DNA of 50,508 nt from assembly GCA_033853355.1 (NCBI GenBank), contig JAWOLP010000002.1, positions 1 through 50,508 on the forward strand, read 5' to 3'. Position 1 is the stretch's first letter; every line of letters begins with the position of its first letter. Below the pieces are notes generated by a model. The model was not told where the DNA came from, made no database searches, and was given only the letters and a program-made list of their open reading frames with translations. Below, one piece after another: positions 26,272 through 35,252 of the stretch. Source of the stretch: Candidatus Micrarchaeia archaeon. GTDB lineage: Archaea > Micrarchaeota > Micrarchaeia > Anstonellales > Bilamarchaeaceae. The position numbers and the translations under genes are program-made.

Positions 26272-27737
26272 CCCTTGACGTTCCCTATCGGGATGAGCTT
26301 CGCGACCTTCCTGGAGATCCCGGCCTTGTGCGTGGCGTCTATCACGTCGTCGATGTCCTTGTACGCAGCGCCGGCCTCCTCGGCCAGGCCTCCCATCGAA
26401 ACGCTCTTGACGTAGATCCCGCGGCTTTCCATGTCCTTGAGTAGTTTGTCCCCCCTGAACATGCTCTTGGCCCGGGTCCTGGACATCGTCCTCCCGCTCC
26501 CGTGCGCGGTGGTGTAGAACGTCTCGGCGCCGCTCTCGGTCCCGACAAGGAGGTAGGAGCCGGTCTCCATGCTGCCCCCGATGATCACGGGCTGTCCGTC
26601 GTCCCTGTACCTCGGCATCAGCTCCGGCCTCCCCGGGCCGTACGCCGCGGTCGCTCCCTTCCGGTGCACGATCAGCTCCCTCCACTGCCCGTCCACCTTG
26701 TGCTTCTCCAGCGAGGCGCGGTTGTGCGCCACGTCGTATACCTGCTTCATGCCGAGCTTCTCCGCATCGGTCTTGAAGACCTCGGCGAAGGCCTCGCGCA
26801 GGCGGTGGACTATCGTCTGCCGGTTCGCGAAGCTCATGTTCACGCCGCACTTCATGGCCGAGAAATAGTCCTGGCCCTCGGGGGAATTGAAGGGCGCGCA
26901 GGCCAGCTCGCGGTCGAGTATCTTTATTCCGTACTTGCTCTCCATGACGTTGAGGAAGACCTCAAGGTAATCGGTCGCCACCTGGTGTCCGAACCCCCTT
27001 GAGCCGCAGTGGAACATTATGACGACCTGGTCCTCGAACAGGCCCCACTTCTTCGCCAGCGCCTTGTCGATTATGTTCTCGGGCTTCACGTGCTGTATCT
27101 CCAGGTAATGGTTCCCGCTGCCGAGGGTGCCTATCTGGTCCTTCCCGCGGTCGACGGCCTTGGCGCTCACCTTCCGCTGGTCCGCGCCCTCGGCCCTGCC
27201 ACGCATCTCGGTGACCTCGAGGTCGTCGCTCCAGCCGTAGCCCTCCCGGACGCACCACTCGCCCCCCTCCTCGATAACCTTCCTGAAGGTCGCCGAATCG
27301 AGCTTGACGAAGCCCTTGCTTCCCACTCCGGCCGGCACCCGCTCGAAAAGCCGGTTCACCAGCTGCTTCAGGTGCGGCTCCACGTCCCTGACCGTGAGGT
27401 TCGTGAGTATGAGCCTCATGCCGCAGTTGATGTCGAAGCCGATGCCGCCAGGGCTTATCACGCCCTCGTTCGCGTCCATCGCCGCGACGCCGCCGATCGG
27501 GAACCCGTAGCCGCTGTGGCCGTCGGGCATGCAATAGGCGTATTTCACTATCCCCGGGAGGGTGGCGACGTTGGTTATCTGGTCGTACACGTGGAGGTCC
27601 ATCTGGTTCAGCACCGCCTCGCTCGCGTAGATCCTGGCCGGCACCCTCATCCCGTCCTTGAAATCGGTGCCCACCTCCCACACGTAATCGCTGATCTTCT
27701 TGAAATCCGGCTTCCTGAACTCTCGGTTGAAATCCAT
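26268..27737 (-). CDS. rtcB: tRNA-splicing ligase RtcB
   Basis: MPDGHSGYGFPIGG, GFDINCG, GTLGSGNHYLE, H.GSRG.GH, HRKGAT, HGSGR. Confidence 0.97.
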   Translation of the reverse strand: MDFNREFRKPDFKKISDYVWEVGTDFKDGMRVPARIYASEAVLNQMDLHVYDQITNVATLPGIVKYAYCMPDGHSGYGFPIGGVAAMDANEGVISPGGIGFDINCGMRLILTNLTVRDVEPHLKQLVNRLFERVPAGVGSKGFVKLDSATFRKVIEEGGEWCVREGYGWSDDLEVTEMRGRAEGADQRKVSAKAVDRGKDQIGTLGSGNHYLEIQHVKPENIIDKALAKKWGLFEDQVVIMFHCGSRGFGHQVATDYLEVFLNVMESKYGIKILDRELACAPFNSPEGQDYFSAMKCGVNMSFANRQTIVHRLREAFAEVFKTDAEKLGMKQVYDVAHNRASLEKHKVDGQWRELIVHRKGATAAYGPGRPELMPRYRDDGQPVIIGGSMETGSYLLVGTESGAETFYTTAHGSGRTMSRTRAKSMFRGDKLLKDMESRGIYVKSVSMGGLAEEAGAAYKDIDDVIDATHKAGISRKVAKLIPIGNVKG

Positions 27738-27815
27738 TAACGCACCTCGAATCGATAAAACGAGACAACCATAGATAACAGATAATTAAATTAAGCTTGA
27801 TGGAGTAATTTTACC

Positions 27816-28499
27816 ATGGTCGACAACCCCGATAGCCTCAGGAAGCAGGCGCATTCCATCGCTTCGAGCGCAAGGAGGCCCGACGAGGCCTGGTCCGAGC
27901 TGAGGATATGGGCTAGCGGAAAAGGCCCGCTCGCCAGCAAGTTCGCCATGATCGAATTCGTCTCGCTCCACGGGAGCAGCCCGGAGGCGGCTCTCCTCAT
28001 CCCCCAGCTGATGCGGGACAAGTCGCTCTCCTCAGCGGAGAGGAAGGAGATGCTCTCGATGGGATTCCGGAGCGAGATCGAGCCGAACGGGGTTTCGGTC
28101 AGGCCGAAGTTGGACGCCCCCAAAACCGCCTCCGCGCTCGCGCCGCGGGCGCAGGTCCAGCTCCAGCGCGACTTCCATGATCCGCGCGAGATGCACCTGG
28201 CCCTCCGCGAGCAGGCGGTGCCGGCTCTCCAGCTTCCGGCACGCTCGGCCAGGTTCGACGCGTCGAGGAGCCCTGACAGCCACGTGTTCAGCGCAGGCTC
28301 GCACAAGGGGGAGCGGCTCATCCGCAACCTCGTTGAGAAGATGCGGGGGCATTCGGCGCCGGAGCACCCGGTCCAGGTCATGAGCGGGGATGCGAGGCCC
28401 AAGCCGAAGGCGGCAAGGAAGCCGGCGAGGAAGAAGGCCAGGAAGATAGCCCAGAGGAAAGCCCCGAAAAAAACCAAGGCCAAGGCGCGCAGGAAGTGA
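27816..28499 (+). CDS. Hypothetical protein with a Lys/Arg/Ala-rich C-terminal tail
   Basis: KPKAARKPARKKARKIAQRKAPKKTKAKARRK. Confidence 0.68.
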   Translation: MVDNPDSLRKQAHSIASSARRPDEAWSELRIWASGKGPLASKFAMIEFVSLHGSSPEAALLIPQLMRDKSLSSAERKEMLSMGFRSEIEPNGVSVRPKLDAPKTASALAPRAQVQLQRDFHDPREMHLALREQAVPALQLPARSARFDASRSPDSHVFSAGSHKGERLIRNLVEKMRGHSAPEHPVQVMSGDARPKPKAARKPARKKARKIAQRKAPKKTKAKARRK

Positions 28500-28531
28500 G
28501 CAATAAAAACGTTCTCTGATCGGGGGATTGC

Positions 28532-29458
28532 ATGCGGTACCTGGCGTTCCAGATTCTCCTGCTCTCCCTCTCATTCTCGGCCATAAGCCTCGCCAACATG
28601 ACGGGGAATGTCGATCCGGCCGGGACCGGCCACATCAGGCTCATCGCGGAATTCGCGGGTGCCGAAGGCAGGACTGTAGCCCTAAACATCACCGGCCCGC
28701 TCGACAGCCTCGTGGTCAGGGACCGCAGCGGGCTCGTCCTCTCGCCGAAAGTGGAGGACCAGGACGGCTACACGCTGGTCTTCGTAACGGTGCCGGTGGA
28801 CTACCTCGAGTACGACATCTCCTCGGATTCGTTCACGGACAAGAACGGCTCCGACTGGTCCTTCGACCTCGTCATGGGCTCCTCCGAGAACATCTCGGAC
28901 TTCGAATCGACGATACAGCTCCCAGCCGGGGCTGTCGTCAAGAGCACCAACGGCGCCGTCCAGCAGGCCGGCGACCAGCTGAGCATCTCATGGAGCGGCT
29001 CGGCCCTCGACCCATCCAAGCGCGCCCACCTGAGGGCGGGCTACGAGCTCTCTCCTGACCAGGGCAGCGCCGACCCCACCGCCTTGATGGTCGGAGGGAT
29101 CGCGATCCTTGCGGTCGTGATCATTGCGATAGCGTTTCTATCGGCCCGGAAATCCGCGCGCGATTCGGAGGGGAGGAAGGGACCAGGGGTGGAGGAGGCG
29201 AAGGCGGTCGCGCAACCCGTCTCGCCCCTAGAATCCAACCCTGTCTTCAGGACCCTGGACGAGACCGACAAGGAGATCGTCCGCGAGATCTCCGCCCAGG
29301 GCGGGAAGACGACACAGGCGCACCTCTATCTCCAGACCCACCTCCCCAAAGCGACGCTCTCACGCCGCATGGCCTCTCTGGAAAGCAAGGGCATGATACA
29401 GCGGTCGCAGAAAGGCAACCGGAAGCTCGTCTCCCTGACCGATGTCTTCGGCAAATGA
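28532..29458 (+). CDS. Membrane-anchored winged-HTH transcription regulator (COG2512-like)
   Basis: Signal peptide, beta-rich ectodomain, transmembrane helix, LDETDKEIV…TQ..L…LPKATLSR…LESKG. Confidence 0.85.
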   Translation: MRYLAFQILLLSLSFSAISLANMTGNVDPAGTGHIRLIAEFAGAEGRTVALNITGPLDSLVVRDRSGLVLSPKVEDQDGYTLVFVTVPVDYLEYDISSDSFTDKNGSDWSFDLVMGSSENISDFESTIQLPAGAVVKSTNGAVQQAGDQLSISWSGSALDPSKRAHLRAGYELSPDQGSADPTALMVGGIAILAVVIIAIAFLSARKSARDSEGRKGPGVEEAKAVAQPVSPLESNPVFRTLDETDKEIVREISAQGGKTTQAHLYLQTHLPKATLSRRMASLESKGMIQRSQKGNRKLVSLTDVFGK

Positions 29459-29463
29459 ATATC

Positions 29464-29514
29464 GTTTCCCACGTTCCACTCGTTCCGCGGCACTTATATA
29501 TACGGTTCCGCGGC
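29464..29514 (+). promoter_or_regulatory. TATA box (TTATATATA) flanked by GTTCC direct repeats
   Basis: GTTTCC 29464, GTTCC 29473, 29482 and 29505. Confidence 0.55.
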
Positions 29515-29552
29515 CTTTTCCTTGCCTCCGGAAGGGGGCAAGAGGTGTGACA

Positions 29553-30476
29553 ATGGAATACAAGCATGCGGTCCTCATCGCGTTGCTGCTTGCAATGCCG
29601 CTCGTGAGCGCGGATTCCGGGAACCTGACTTCCCAGTATCTGAGCGCCTCGGCACAGCAGGTGAAATGCAAGACGGACTTTATGGTTGGAGTGATAGACA
29701 GCATAACCTCGACGGTGAACAACTCCGGCTCGCTCAGCTCGTTCGCCAGCGCGCTGCAGAGCGACGAATCGCAGCTCCAGACCTACGCCGACGGCGGCCA
29801 GGTCGACAGCTATCGGAGCTACCTGCAGGGCACCTACGACCCCGAGCTCAAGTCGGCCAGGGACGCCATCGTCCAGTGGAGATTGGCCGACGGCAGGAAC
29901 ACCACCGCCTCGGAGCGCCAGACTCTCCGCTCGGACTACGCGAGCCTCCGCTCGACCTTCGACAGCTGCGAGCTTTCTGCGGTCAAGGACTACGCGGACG
30001 CGAAGGTGACCGGGTACCAGGCGATTCTCGCCGAGTATCAGAAGAAGGCGGACAACCTCAGCGCCAAGGGCATCGATACGAGCAACCTGACCAGCCTGAT
30101 ATCGCAGGCGCAGAGCACCATCGTGACGCCTCTCCAGTCGGCCCTCGATTCGGCCAACGACTCCAAGGGCGTTGCGGACGCCGTGCGCTCGTACTGCCTC
30201 TACAACGGCTGCAAGAACGGGACCAACTTCCATTTCGCCGCGAAATGGGACATCGCGAAGCTGACGGCCATCGAGTCGTATGTGCAGTCGAAGCCGGCCT
30301 CGGCCAACTTCACGAGCCAGCTGGGCCAGGTCACGAGCGACCTCACCTCCGCCAGCGCGATGCTGCAGGGGATAGGCACCTCTGACTACCAGCCCGGCCA
30401 GCAGGCCCAGGTCTGGGACCCGATCAAGGACGCCGCCAATGTGCTGACGCAGGTCATCCACGGGATGAGGTCATGA
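29553..30476 (+). CDS. Secreted helical hypothetical protein
   Basis: GAGGTG SD; signal peptide MEYKHAVLIALLLAMPLVSA. Confidence 0.8.
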   Translation: MEYKHAVLIALLLAMPLVSADSGNLTSQYLSASAQQVKCKTDFMVGVIDSITSTVNNSGSLSSFASALQSDESQLQTYADGGQVDSYRSYLQGTYDPELKSARDAIVQWRLADGRNTTASERQTLRSDYASLRSTFDSCELSAVKDYADAKVTGYQAILAEYQKKADNLSAKGIDTSNLTSLISQAQSTIVTPLQSALDSANDSKGVADAVRSYCLYNGCKNGTNFHFAAKWDIAKLTAIESYVQSKPASANFTSQLGQVTSDLTSASAMLQGIGTSDYQPGQQAQVWDPIKDAANVLTQVIHGMRS

Positions 30477-30820
30477 ACAGGAGCCTCATCCTAGGAGGCC
30501 TGGCCCTGCTCCTGCTGCTTGGATGCGCAGGCAGGCCGGGGTATCAGGCCCCTGCGCAGCCTTCTCCCGCTTCCAGCGGGATGCAGATCGGCGACTCGGA
30601 CATAGCTCCCCAGCCGACCGTCAACGAGAGCGACACCCTCTCAAACGAGCCCGTCGTCCCTCCTGACAACGGCAGCACTGCCGAGGCGGGGAACTCTACG
30701 CCGGCCAGCGGCTCGCAGAACCTGAGCGCCGGGAGCTTCCCCAACGACTCGGACCTTTTGGTGGACAACACCACCAACGAGGACCTGATCAGCCAGCAGG
30801 ATGTTGTCGAGCCGCCCTGA
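30473..30820 (+). CDS. Low-complexity lipoprotein
   Basis: Lipobox LLGC; ATGA overlap with the previous gene. Confidence 0.75.
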   Translation: MNRSLILGGLALLLLLGCAGRPGYQAPAQPSPASSGMQIGDSDIAPQPTVNESDTLSNEPVVPPDNGSTAEAGNSTPASGSQNLSAGSFPNDSDLLVDNTTNEDLISQQDVVEPP

Positions 30821-30876
30821 GCCTTTTTTCCCTTTTTCCTATATTTTATAAAGATTCCTCAGTTAATTGTGTTTGA

Positions 30877-31102
30877 GCTCCTGTAGTCTAGTCCGGTCAA
30901 GGACAACGGACTCTCATCCGCCTTTTGGGAAAAGGCGGCCCAAAACTGGCTGTTGGAAAACCCTGAAGGGTTTTCCGGCCTCTTCACAAGACCATTTTTG
31001 CGAGCGAAAAGCGAGCAAAAATTAGCAAGTCTGTTTTGGTCCCGCTTTTCCCCAAAAGCGGGGAGGCCTCCGTAAACCCGGGTTCAAATCCCGGCAGGAG
31101 CA
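30877..31102 (+). tRNA. tRNA-Glu(CTC) with a 151-nt intron at 37/38 (30917-31067)
   Basis: GCTCCTG/CAGGAGC acceptor, ACGGA-CTCTCA|C-TCCGT arm, GTTCAAATC; BHB with CUCU:GGAG central helix; TTTTATAAA upstream at 30844. Confidence 0.92.
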
Positions 31103-31104
31103 TT

Positions 31105-31141
31105 GTTTTGCTAAAATTTCCCGAAGGGAAATTTGCAAAAC
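31105..31141. repeat. Palindrome GTTTTGCTAAAATTTCCC-GAA-GGGAAATTTGCAAAAC (module C), possibly a terminator
   Basis: Hairpin directly after tRNA-Glu; CCC-(T)GAA-GGG loop also at 15702-15720 and 30955-30976. Confidence 0.6.
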
Positions 31142-31172
31142 TCACACTTACAGAGAAGCTCTTCCTTATCAG

Positions 31173-32282
31173 CTATCGTCCGGCTTCCTTTATGCTCCTG
31201 ACGTACTCGTACCATGCGGGTTTCGGCTTCCCCTGCACGGTAAGCAATCCGAAATAGTTCTCCATCGCCGGGAAGGACTTCCAATAGCTGTCCGAGAACC
31301 GGTAAACCCCTAGTCCGTGTATCTTCTCGCTCTCAAGCGCGTGCTTGCATGCCGAAGCCACGTACTTGGCCTGCTTGTCCTCGTTGAACCACAGGATGTG
31401 CGGGCCGGCCGGATAGCCGGTCTCGATTATATAGACCGGAAGCCCGGACTCCTTCGCGGCCACATCGGCGAACTTGCCCATGCCGCCCGCGCTCGTCCTG
31501 TTCGGGTCATAATAGCTCGGATAAGGATCGACCCCGATGATGTCGGAATACTTCGCGTACATCTTCCACTTCCTCCTCGATCCTATGTAGCCCAGGTTGA
31601 TGACGATCTTCGATCCCGGGGACTCGGCCCTCACGACCTCCGAGAGGGCTTTCAGCACCGGCTCCTTGTTCTTCTCGTCGAGCCAGATCCACCCGGTCCG
31701 CCAGTCGGCTATTGTGTGCCCCAGCCACCCGTTGACCTCGTTCTCTATCTGCCAGGTATCTATCTTCCCCTTGTAATGCCGCACGATCTGCGTCGATGAC
31801 TCGACCAGCTGCGGGATATACGCCTTCAGGTCTGAAGTCGCCGCGTTTTTGGGCACGAATCGGTTGTATCCGTCTCCCACGACGGCTATGATCCCGATCC
31901 CCTCCTCGTTCATCTCATCCACGAAATTGTCGAGAGGGAACCTGTAGGCGTCGCCGACCCTGGGCTGGAAGAAGTTCCAGGGGAACCAGCACCTCACGAA
32001 GTCCACCCCGCCCCTCTTCAGGAACGCGGCCACCATCTTCGCCAGCCTTCTCGTGTCATGCTTGTTCTCGTCCGCGACGAGGGATCCTCTGAAATCCCTG
32101 TTCCCGCGCTCCTCCGGGGTTTTGCCGTCCGCCGAAGGGAGGCTGAACCTGCCGTTGTACGTCCTCCTGGCGAGCAGGTGCGGTATCACGATCGATGGCG
32201 GATCCGGCAGACCGGCATATCTCCACATGTCGTCAATGTCCACGCCGAAGTTGAACTTGCCGCCCAGGACCTTGAAAGCCAT
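31173..32282 (-). CDS. Clan GH-A glycoside hydrolase (TIM barrel)
   Basis: VRCWFPW, WQIENE (acid/base), IIETGYP (nucleophile), FGLL…KPKPAW. Confidence 0.8.
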   Translation of the reverse strand: MAFKVLGGKFNFGVDIDDMWRYAGLPDPPSIVIPHLLARRTYNGRFSLPSADGKTPEERGNRDFRGSLVADENKHDTRRLAKMVAAFLKRGGVDFVRCWFPWNFFQPRVGDAYRFPLDNFVDEMNEEGIGIIAVVGDGYNRFVPKNAATSDLKAYIPQLVESSTQIVRHYKGKIDTWQIENEVNGWLGHTIADWRTGWIWLDEKNKEPVLKALSEVVRAESPGSKIVINLGYIGSRRKWKMYAKYSDIIGVDPYPSYYDPNRTSAGGMGKFADVAAKESGLPVYIIETGYPAGPHILWFNEDKQAKYVASACKHALESEKIHGLGVYRFSDSYWKSFPAMENYFGLLTVQGKPKPAWYEYVRSIKEAGR

Positions 32283-32426
32283 GCATGGATAGGCGGATGG
32301 AAACTATATATCACCTGCGCTCCGGCCCCCCAAGGCGAGGAGCGGCATGAGATCTGGCACCCCCGATTCCCGCGCAAGAAGCCGGCAGGGCAACGAATTT
32401 ATACCCTTCTATAGATTACGTCGGTT

Positions 32427-32525
32427 ATGGCAATCGACATGATACTGAAAGCGGACGAAGACGAAGATTGGGATGACGAAGACACCGAAGAGGACGAGGA
32501 CGAAGGAGAAGAAGAGGAGGATTAG
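32427..32525 (+). CDS. 32-aa highly acidic micro-peptide (MAIDMILKADEDEDWDDEDTEEDEDEGEEEED)
   Basis: TTTATA ~25 bp upstream; continuous GAN codon phasing. Confidence 0.55.
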   Translation: MAIDMILKADEDEDWDDEDTEEDEDEGEEEED

Positions 32526-32583
32526 AACCGCCGGCCATCGCTGGCCGGCGAAAGCCGATCCCCGGGTTTCCCTTTTTCCGGAT

Positions 32584-32967
32584 CTACTTCATCCTGCTCG
32601 CGACCCAGCCACCTGCGAACTCGCCCTCGGAGCCGTATCTCCAGACGCCGCTCAGGTTGTTGCAGTCGCTTGACATGTTGAATATCGCGTCGCCTGCGTT
32701 CTCGGGCGGCTGGTAAGCGTTCTCGCTCGCGTTCTCTGACCACCATCCGCTCATCGTCCCACCGCTCACGGTCCCGTTTATCCTGCCTTCGTCGAAAGTA
32801 TAATTGCCGGTCACGCTCGGGCCGCTCTGGACGAGGTCCATCTCGCCCCAGTTGGTGCTCCACTTGCCGGTGAACGAGCAGCCCTGCGGCGCTCCGCCGC
32901 TCTGGGTCCCTGCGCACCCTGCGAGCGCTATCGCGGCGGCTAATAGGATCAATATCGAACGCCTCAT
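32584..32967 (-). CDS. Lipoprotein with a small beta domain
   Basis: MRRSILILLAAAIALAGC lipobox; GAGGTGA SD; GKWSTNWG/GVWRYG motifs. Confidence 0.8.
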   Translation of the reverse strand: MRRSILILLAAAIALAGCAGTQSGGAPQGCSFTGKWSTNWGEMDLVQSGPSVTGNYTFDEGRINGTVSGGTMSGWWSENASENAYQPPENAGDAIFNMSSDCNNLSGVWRYGSEGEFAGGWVASRMK

Positions 32968-33016
32968 TCTCTCACCTCGGAGGCATATCCCAGCTGGATT
33001 AAATAAGGACTCTTTT

Positions 33017-33646
33017 TCACAGGTCGATGACGGCCTGCTCGGAGAGATAATCCGGGACATCCCTGTGCCTTCCGACGTGACGTGGCCAGTCGTCGAGGTC
33101 TATCTGCACGCGCTTGTCCGTGCCTTCCACGCGCGCCATCCAGTCCATCTCCGGGACGGCCTCGAGCGAGATGGAGCCGCCGGCCGTGAGGTCCTCGACC
33201 AGCATGGCATGGAGCGGCCGCTCCCTCCAGGACGGCTTGTACCTGACGATGATCGAGAAGCCGCTGACATAGGATGCCGCGCCGCTGCGCATGAACTCTG
33301 ATATGCTGGAGCAGCCGCCGAACTCCTCCGCCCAGCAGTACGCCTCCTTGCAGAACAGCTCGAACCCGAGCGTCCTGCCGCTCCCCGTCTCCCTCATCCT
33401 CGCCGCCAGCGCGTCCGTCCTCGCCCTATCGCCGAAGGGGATAGGCTCGCGGAACTGCTCCCTGGTCGCCACCCACACTCCGCCCGGCAGCCCGCCGAGC
33501 CGATAGTGGATGTTGTTCGTGCCGTGGCCGATCATCTCCCCGAGCTTCCTGCCTTCGAGCAGGTGGCCCCTGAGCTTGCTCATCATGGGGCGGTCGTCGA
33601 GTATCTGCCTCCTGGCCGCGAGAGTGCGCTGGAAATGGTCCATCAA
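33017..33646 (-). CDS. Hypothetical protein
   Basis: TATATAAA (minus strand) ~25 bp upstream; no motif. Confidence 0.65.
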   Translation of the reverse strand: MMDHFQRTLAARRQILDDRPMMSKLRGHLLEGRKLGEMIGHGTNNIHYRLGGLPGGVWVATREQFREPIPFGDRARTDALAARMRETGSGRTLGFELFCKEAYCWAEEFGGCSSISEFMRSGAASYVSGFSIIVRYKPSWRERPLHAMLVEDLTAGGSISLEAVPEMDWMARVEGTDKRVQIDLDDWPRHVGRHRDVPDYLSEQAVIDL

Positions 33647-33728
33647 CCCCTAACGTGCGGGAAAAGGTTTATATAGTTTCTTTTTATGGGCAAAAATGTT
33701 TGGAGGCGGACCGCCGTGCATGGCCCGC

Positions 33729-35111
33729 TCACTGCAGCTCCACGCTCTCCCCGATGCGCGGTATGTGGGTCTTGTAGCCTACGCTCCGCAGCCGCTGCTC
33801 GAGGTCCTTGGCAGAGGTCTCCTCACCGTGCACGATGAAGAGCTTCTTCGGCCTCCGGCGCATCTTCCCCAGCCACGCCACCAGGCCCTTCCCGTCTATG
33901 TGGGACGAGAAGCTGTCTATGTGCCGCACCTTCGCCTTGACAGCTATGTCGAAGCCCATGATCTGGACCCTCTTCGCGCCATCGAGCAGCTCCCGCCCGA
34001 GCGTTCCCTCGGCCTGGTAGCCGACGAAAAGCAGCGTGTTCTTGTGGTTCCAGAGGTGGTGCTTCAGGTGGAACTTTATCCTTCCGGCGGTGCACATCCC
34101 GTTGCCGGCGATCACTATGCACGGGTTGCGGTAATCGTTCATGGTCGCGGAATCCTCGATGCTCTTGAGGAAGCGCAGCCTCTTGAAGGTGAACGGCGTC
34201 TTGAACTCCTTGCGGAGCGCCTTCGAGAAAAAATTCATATTGGCGTTGAAGACCTTGGTCGCCTCGATCGCGAGCGGGCTGTCGAGGAAGACGAGCTCCT
34301 CGGGCAGGGTCCCGTCCCTCTCCATCCGGTGGAGGTAATATATTATCTCCTGCGTCCGCTCGACGGCGAACGAAGGGATCATGAGTATCCCTCCCCTGCG
34401 GTGGGTGTCAACGACCTCCCTCGAGAGGCTCGCCTGCCTGCTCCTCACGTCGCCGTGGGTCCGGCTCCCGTAGGTAGATTCCACGAGCATGTAATCGGCC
34501 TCCTCGAGGATCTCCGGGTCCTCAACGACCGGCGTCCCTCCCTGGCCCATGTCGCCGGTGAAGACTATCCTCTTCGCCTTGCCGTGCTCGGTCACCGACA
34601 CCTCGATCATGGCCGAGCCGAGGATGTGGCCGGCGTTCCTGAACCTGAACCTCACCGATTCCGAGATGTGGTGCACGCGGCCGTAGTGGAGCGAATGGAA
34701 GTAATGGAGGGCGACCTTCACGTCCTCCATCGTGTAGAGCGGCTTCCGCAGCGGGAGCCCTTCCCTCATCCTCCGCCGGTTCTCCATGTCCGTCTCCTCC
34801 TTGTTGACGGTCGCGGAATCCTCGAGCATTATCTTGGCCAGGTGAGCCGTGGGCGGGGTCGCATAGATCGAGCCCCGAAAGCCAGAGCGGACCAGCTTCG
34901 GGATGAGGCCGCAGTGGTCTATGTGCGCGTGCGTGAGGAGCAGCGCGTTGACCTTCTTGGGGTCGAACCCGAATTTCTCGTAGTTGCGCCGGACGGTCTC
35001 CTTCCCGCCCTGGAACATCCCGCAGTCGATGAGGATCCGCTGCCCCCCAGCCTCGAGGAGATAGCACGAGCCGGTCACCATGCCGGCGGCCCCGTAGAAC
35101 GTCAATCTCAT
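33729..35111 (-). CDS. Beta-CASP metallo-beta-lactamase RNase (Ysh1/COG1236-like)
   Basis: VTGSCYL, THAHIDHCG, AGHILGS, FTGD, ESTYG, FAVERTQE, FSSH.D, IVHGE. Confidence 0.94.
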   Translation of the reverse strand: MRLTFYGAAGMVTGSCYLLEAGGQRILIDCGMFQGGKETVRRNYEKFGFDPKKVNALLLTHAHIDHCGLIPKLVRSGFRGSIYATPPTAHLAKIMLEDSATVNKEETDMENRRRMREGLPLRKPLYTMEDVKVALHYFHSLHYGRVHHISESVRFRFRNAGHILGSAMIEVSVTEHGKAKRIVFTGDMGQGGTPVVEDPEILEEADYMLVESTYGSRTHGDVRSRQASLSREVVDTHRRGGILMIPSFAVERTQEIIYYLHRMERDGTLPEELVFLDSPLAIEATKVFNANMNFFSKALRKEFKTPFTFKRLRFLKSIEDSATMNDYRNPCIVIAGNGMCTAGRIKFHLKHHLWNHKNTLLFVGYQAEGTLGRELLDGAKRVQIMGFDIAVKAKVRHIDSFSSHIDGKGLVAWLGKMRRRPKKLFIVHGEETSAKDLEQRLRSVGYKTHIPRIGESVELQ

Positions 35112-35152
35112 GCTCAACCTTTGGGTCGGTTGTTTAAGAACCTTCTGCGGAT

Positions 35153-35235
35153 GGAAAAATTCCGTCCGTCAGCGCCCAGGAAAGCCTTCCACACGGAAAT
35201 ATTCCACCCCCCGGCCGGAAAGGTCTAAATAGCCG
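35153..35235 (+). promoter_or_regulatory. Conserved promoter cassette, copy 1 (GGAA-N3-TTCC x2, 42 bp apart, plus TCTAAATAGCCG)
   Basis: Same spacing as 41001-41083. Confidence 0.65.
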
Positions 35236-35252
35236 TGGAAATCTCTTCCCTT

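Noticed and set aside
33696-35228. Long antisense ORFs (510 aa here; also 17200..18543, 43685..45148 and others)
   Set aside because: Shadow frames of clear genes, caused by high-GC codon bias
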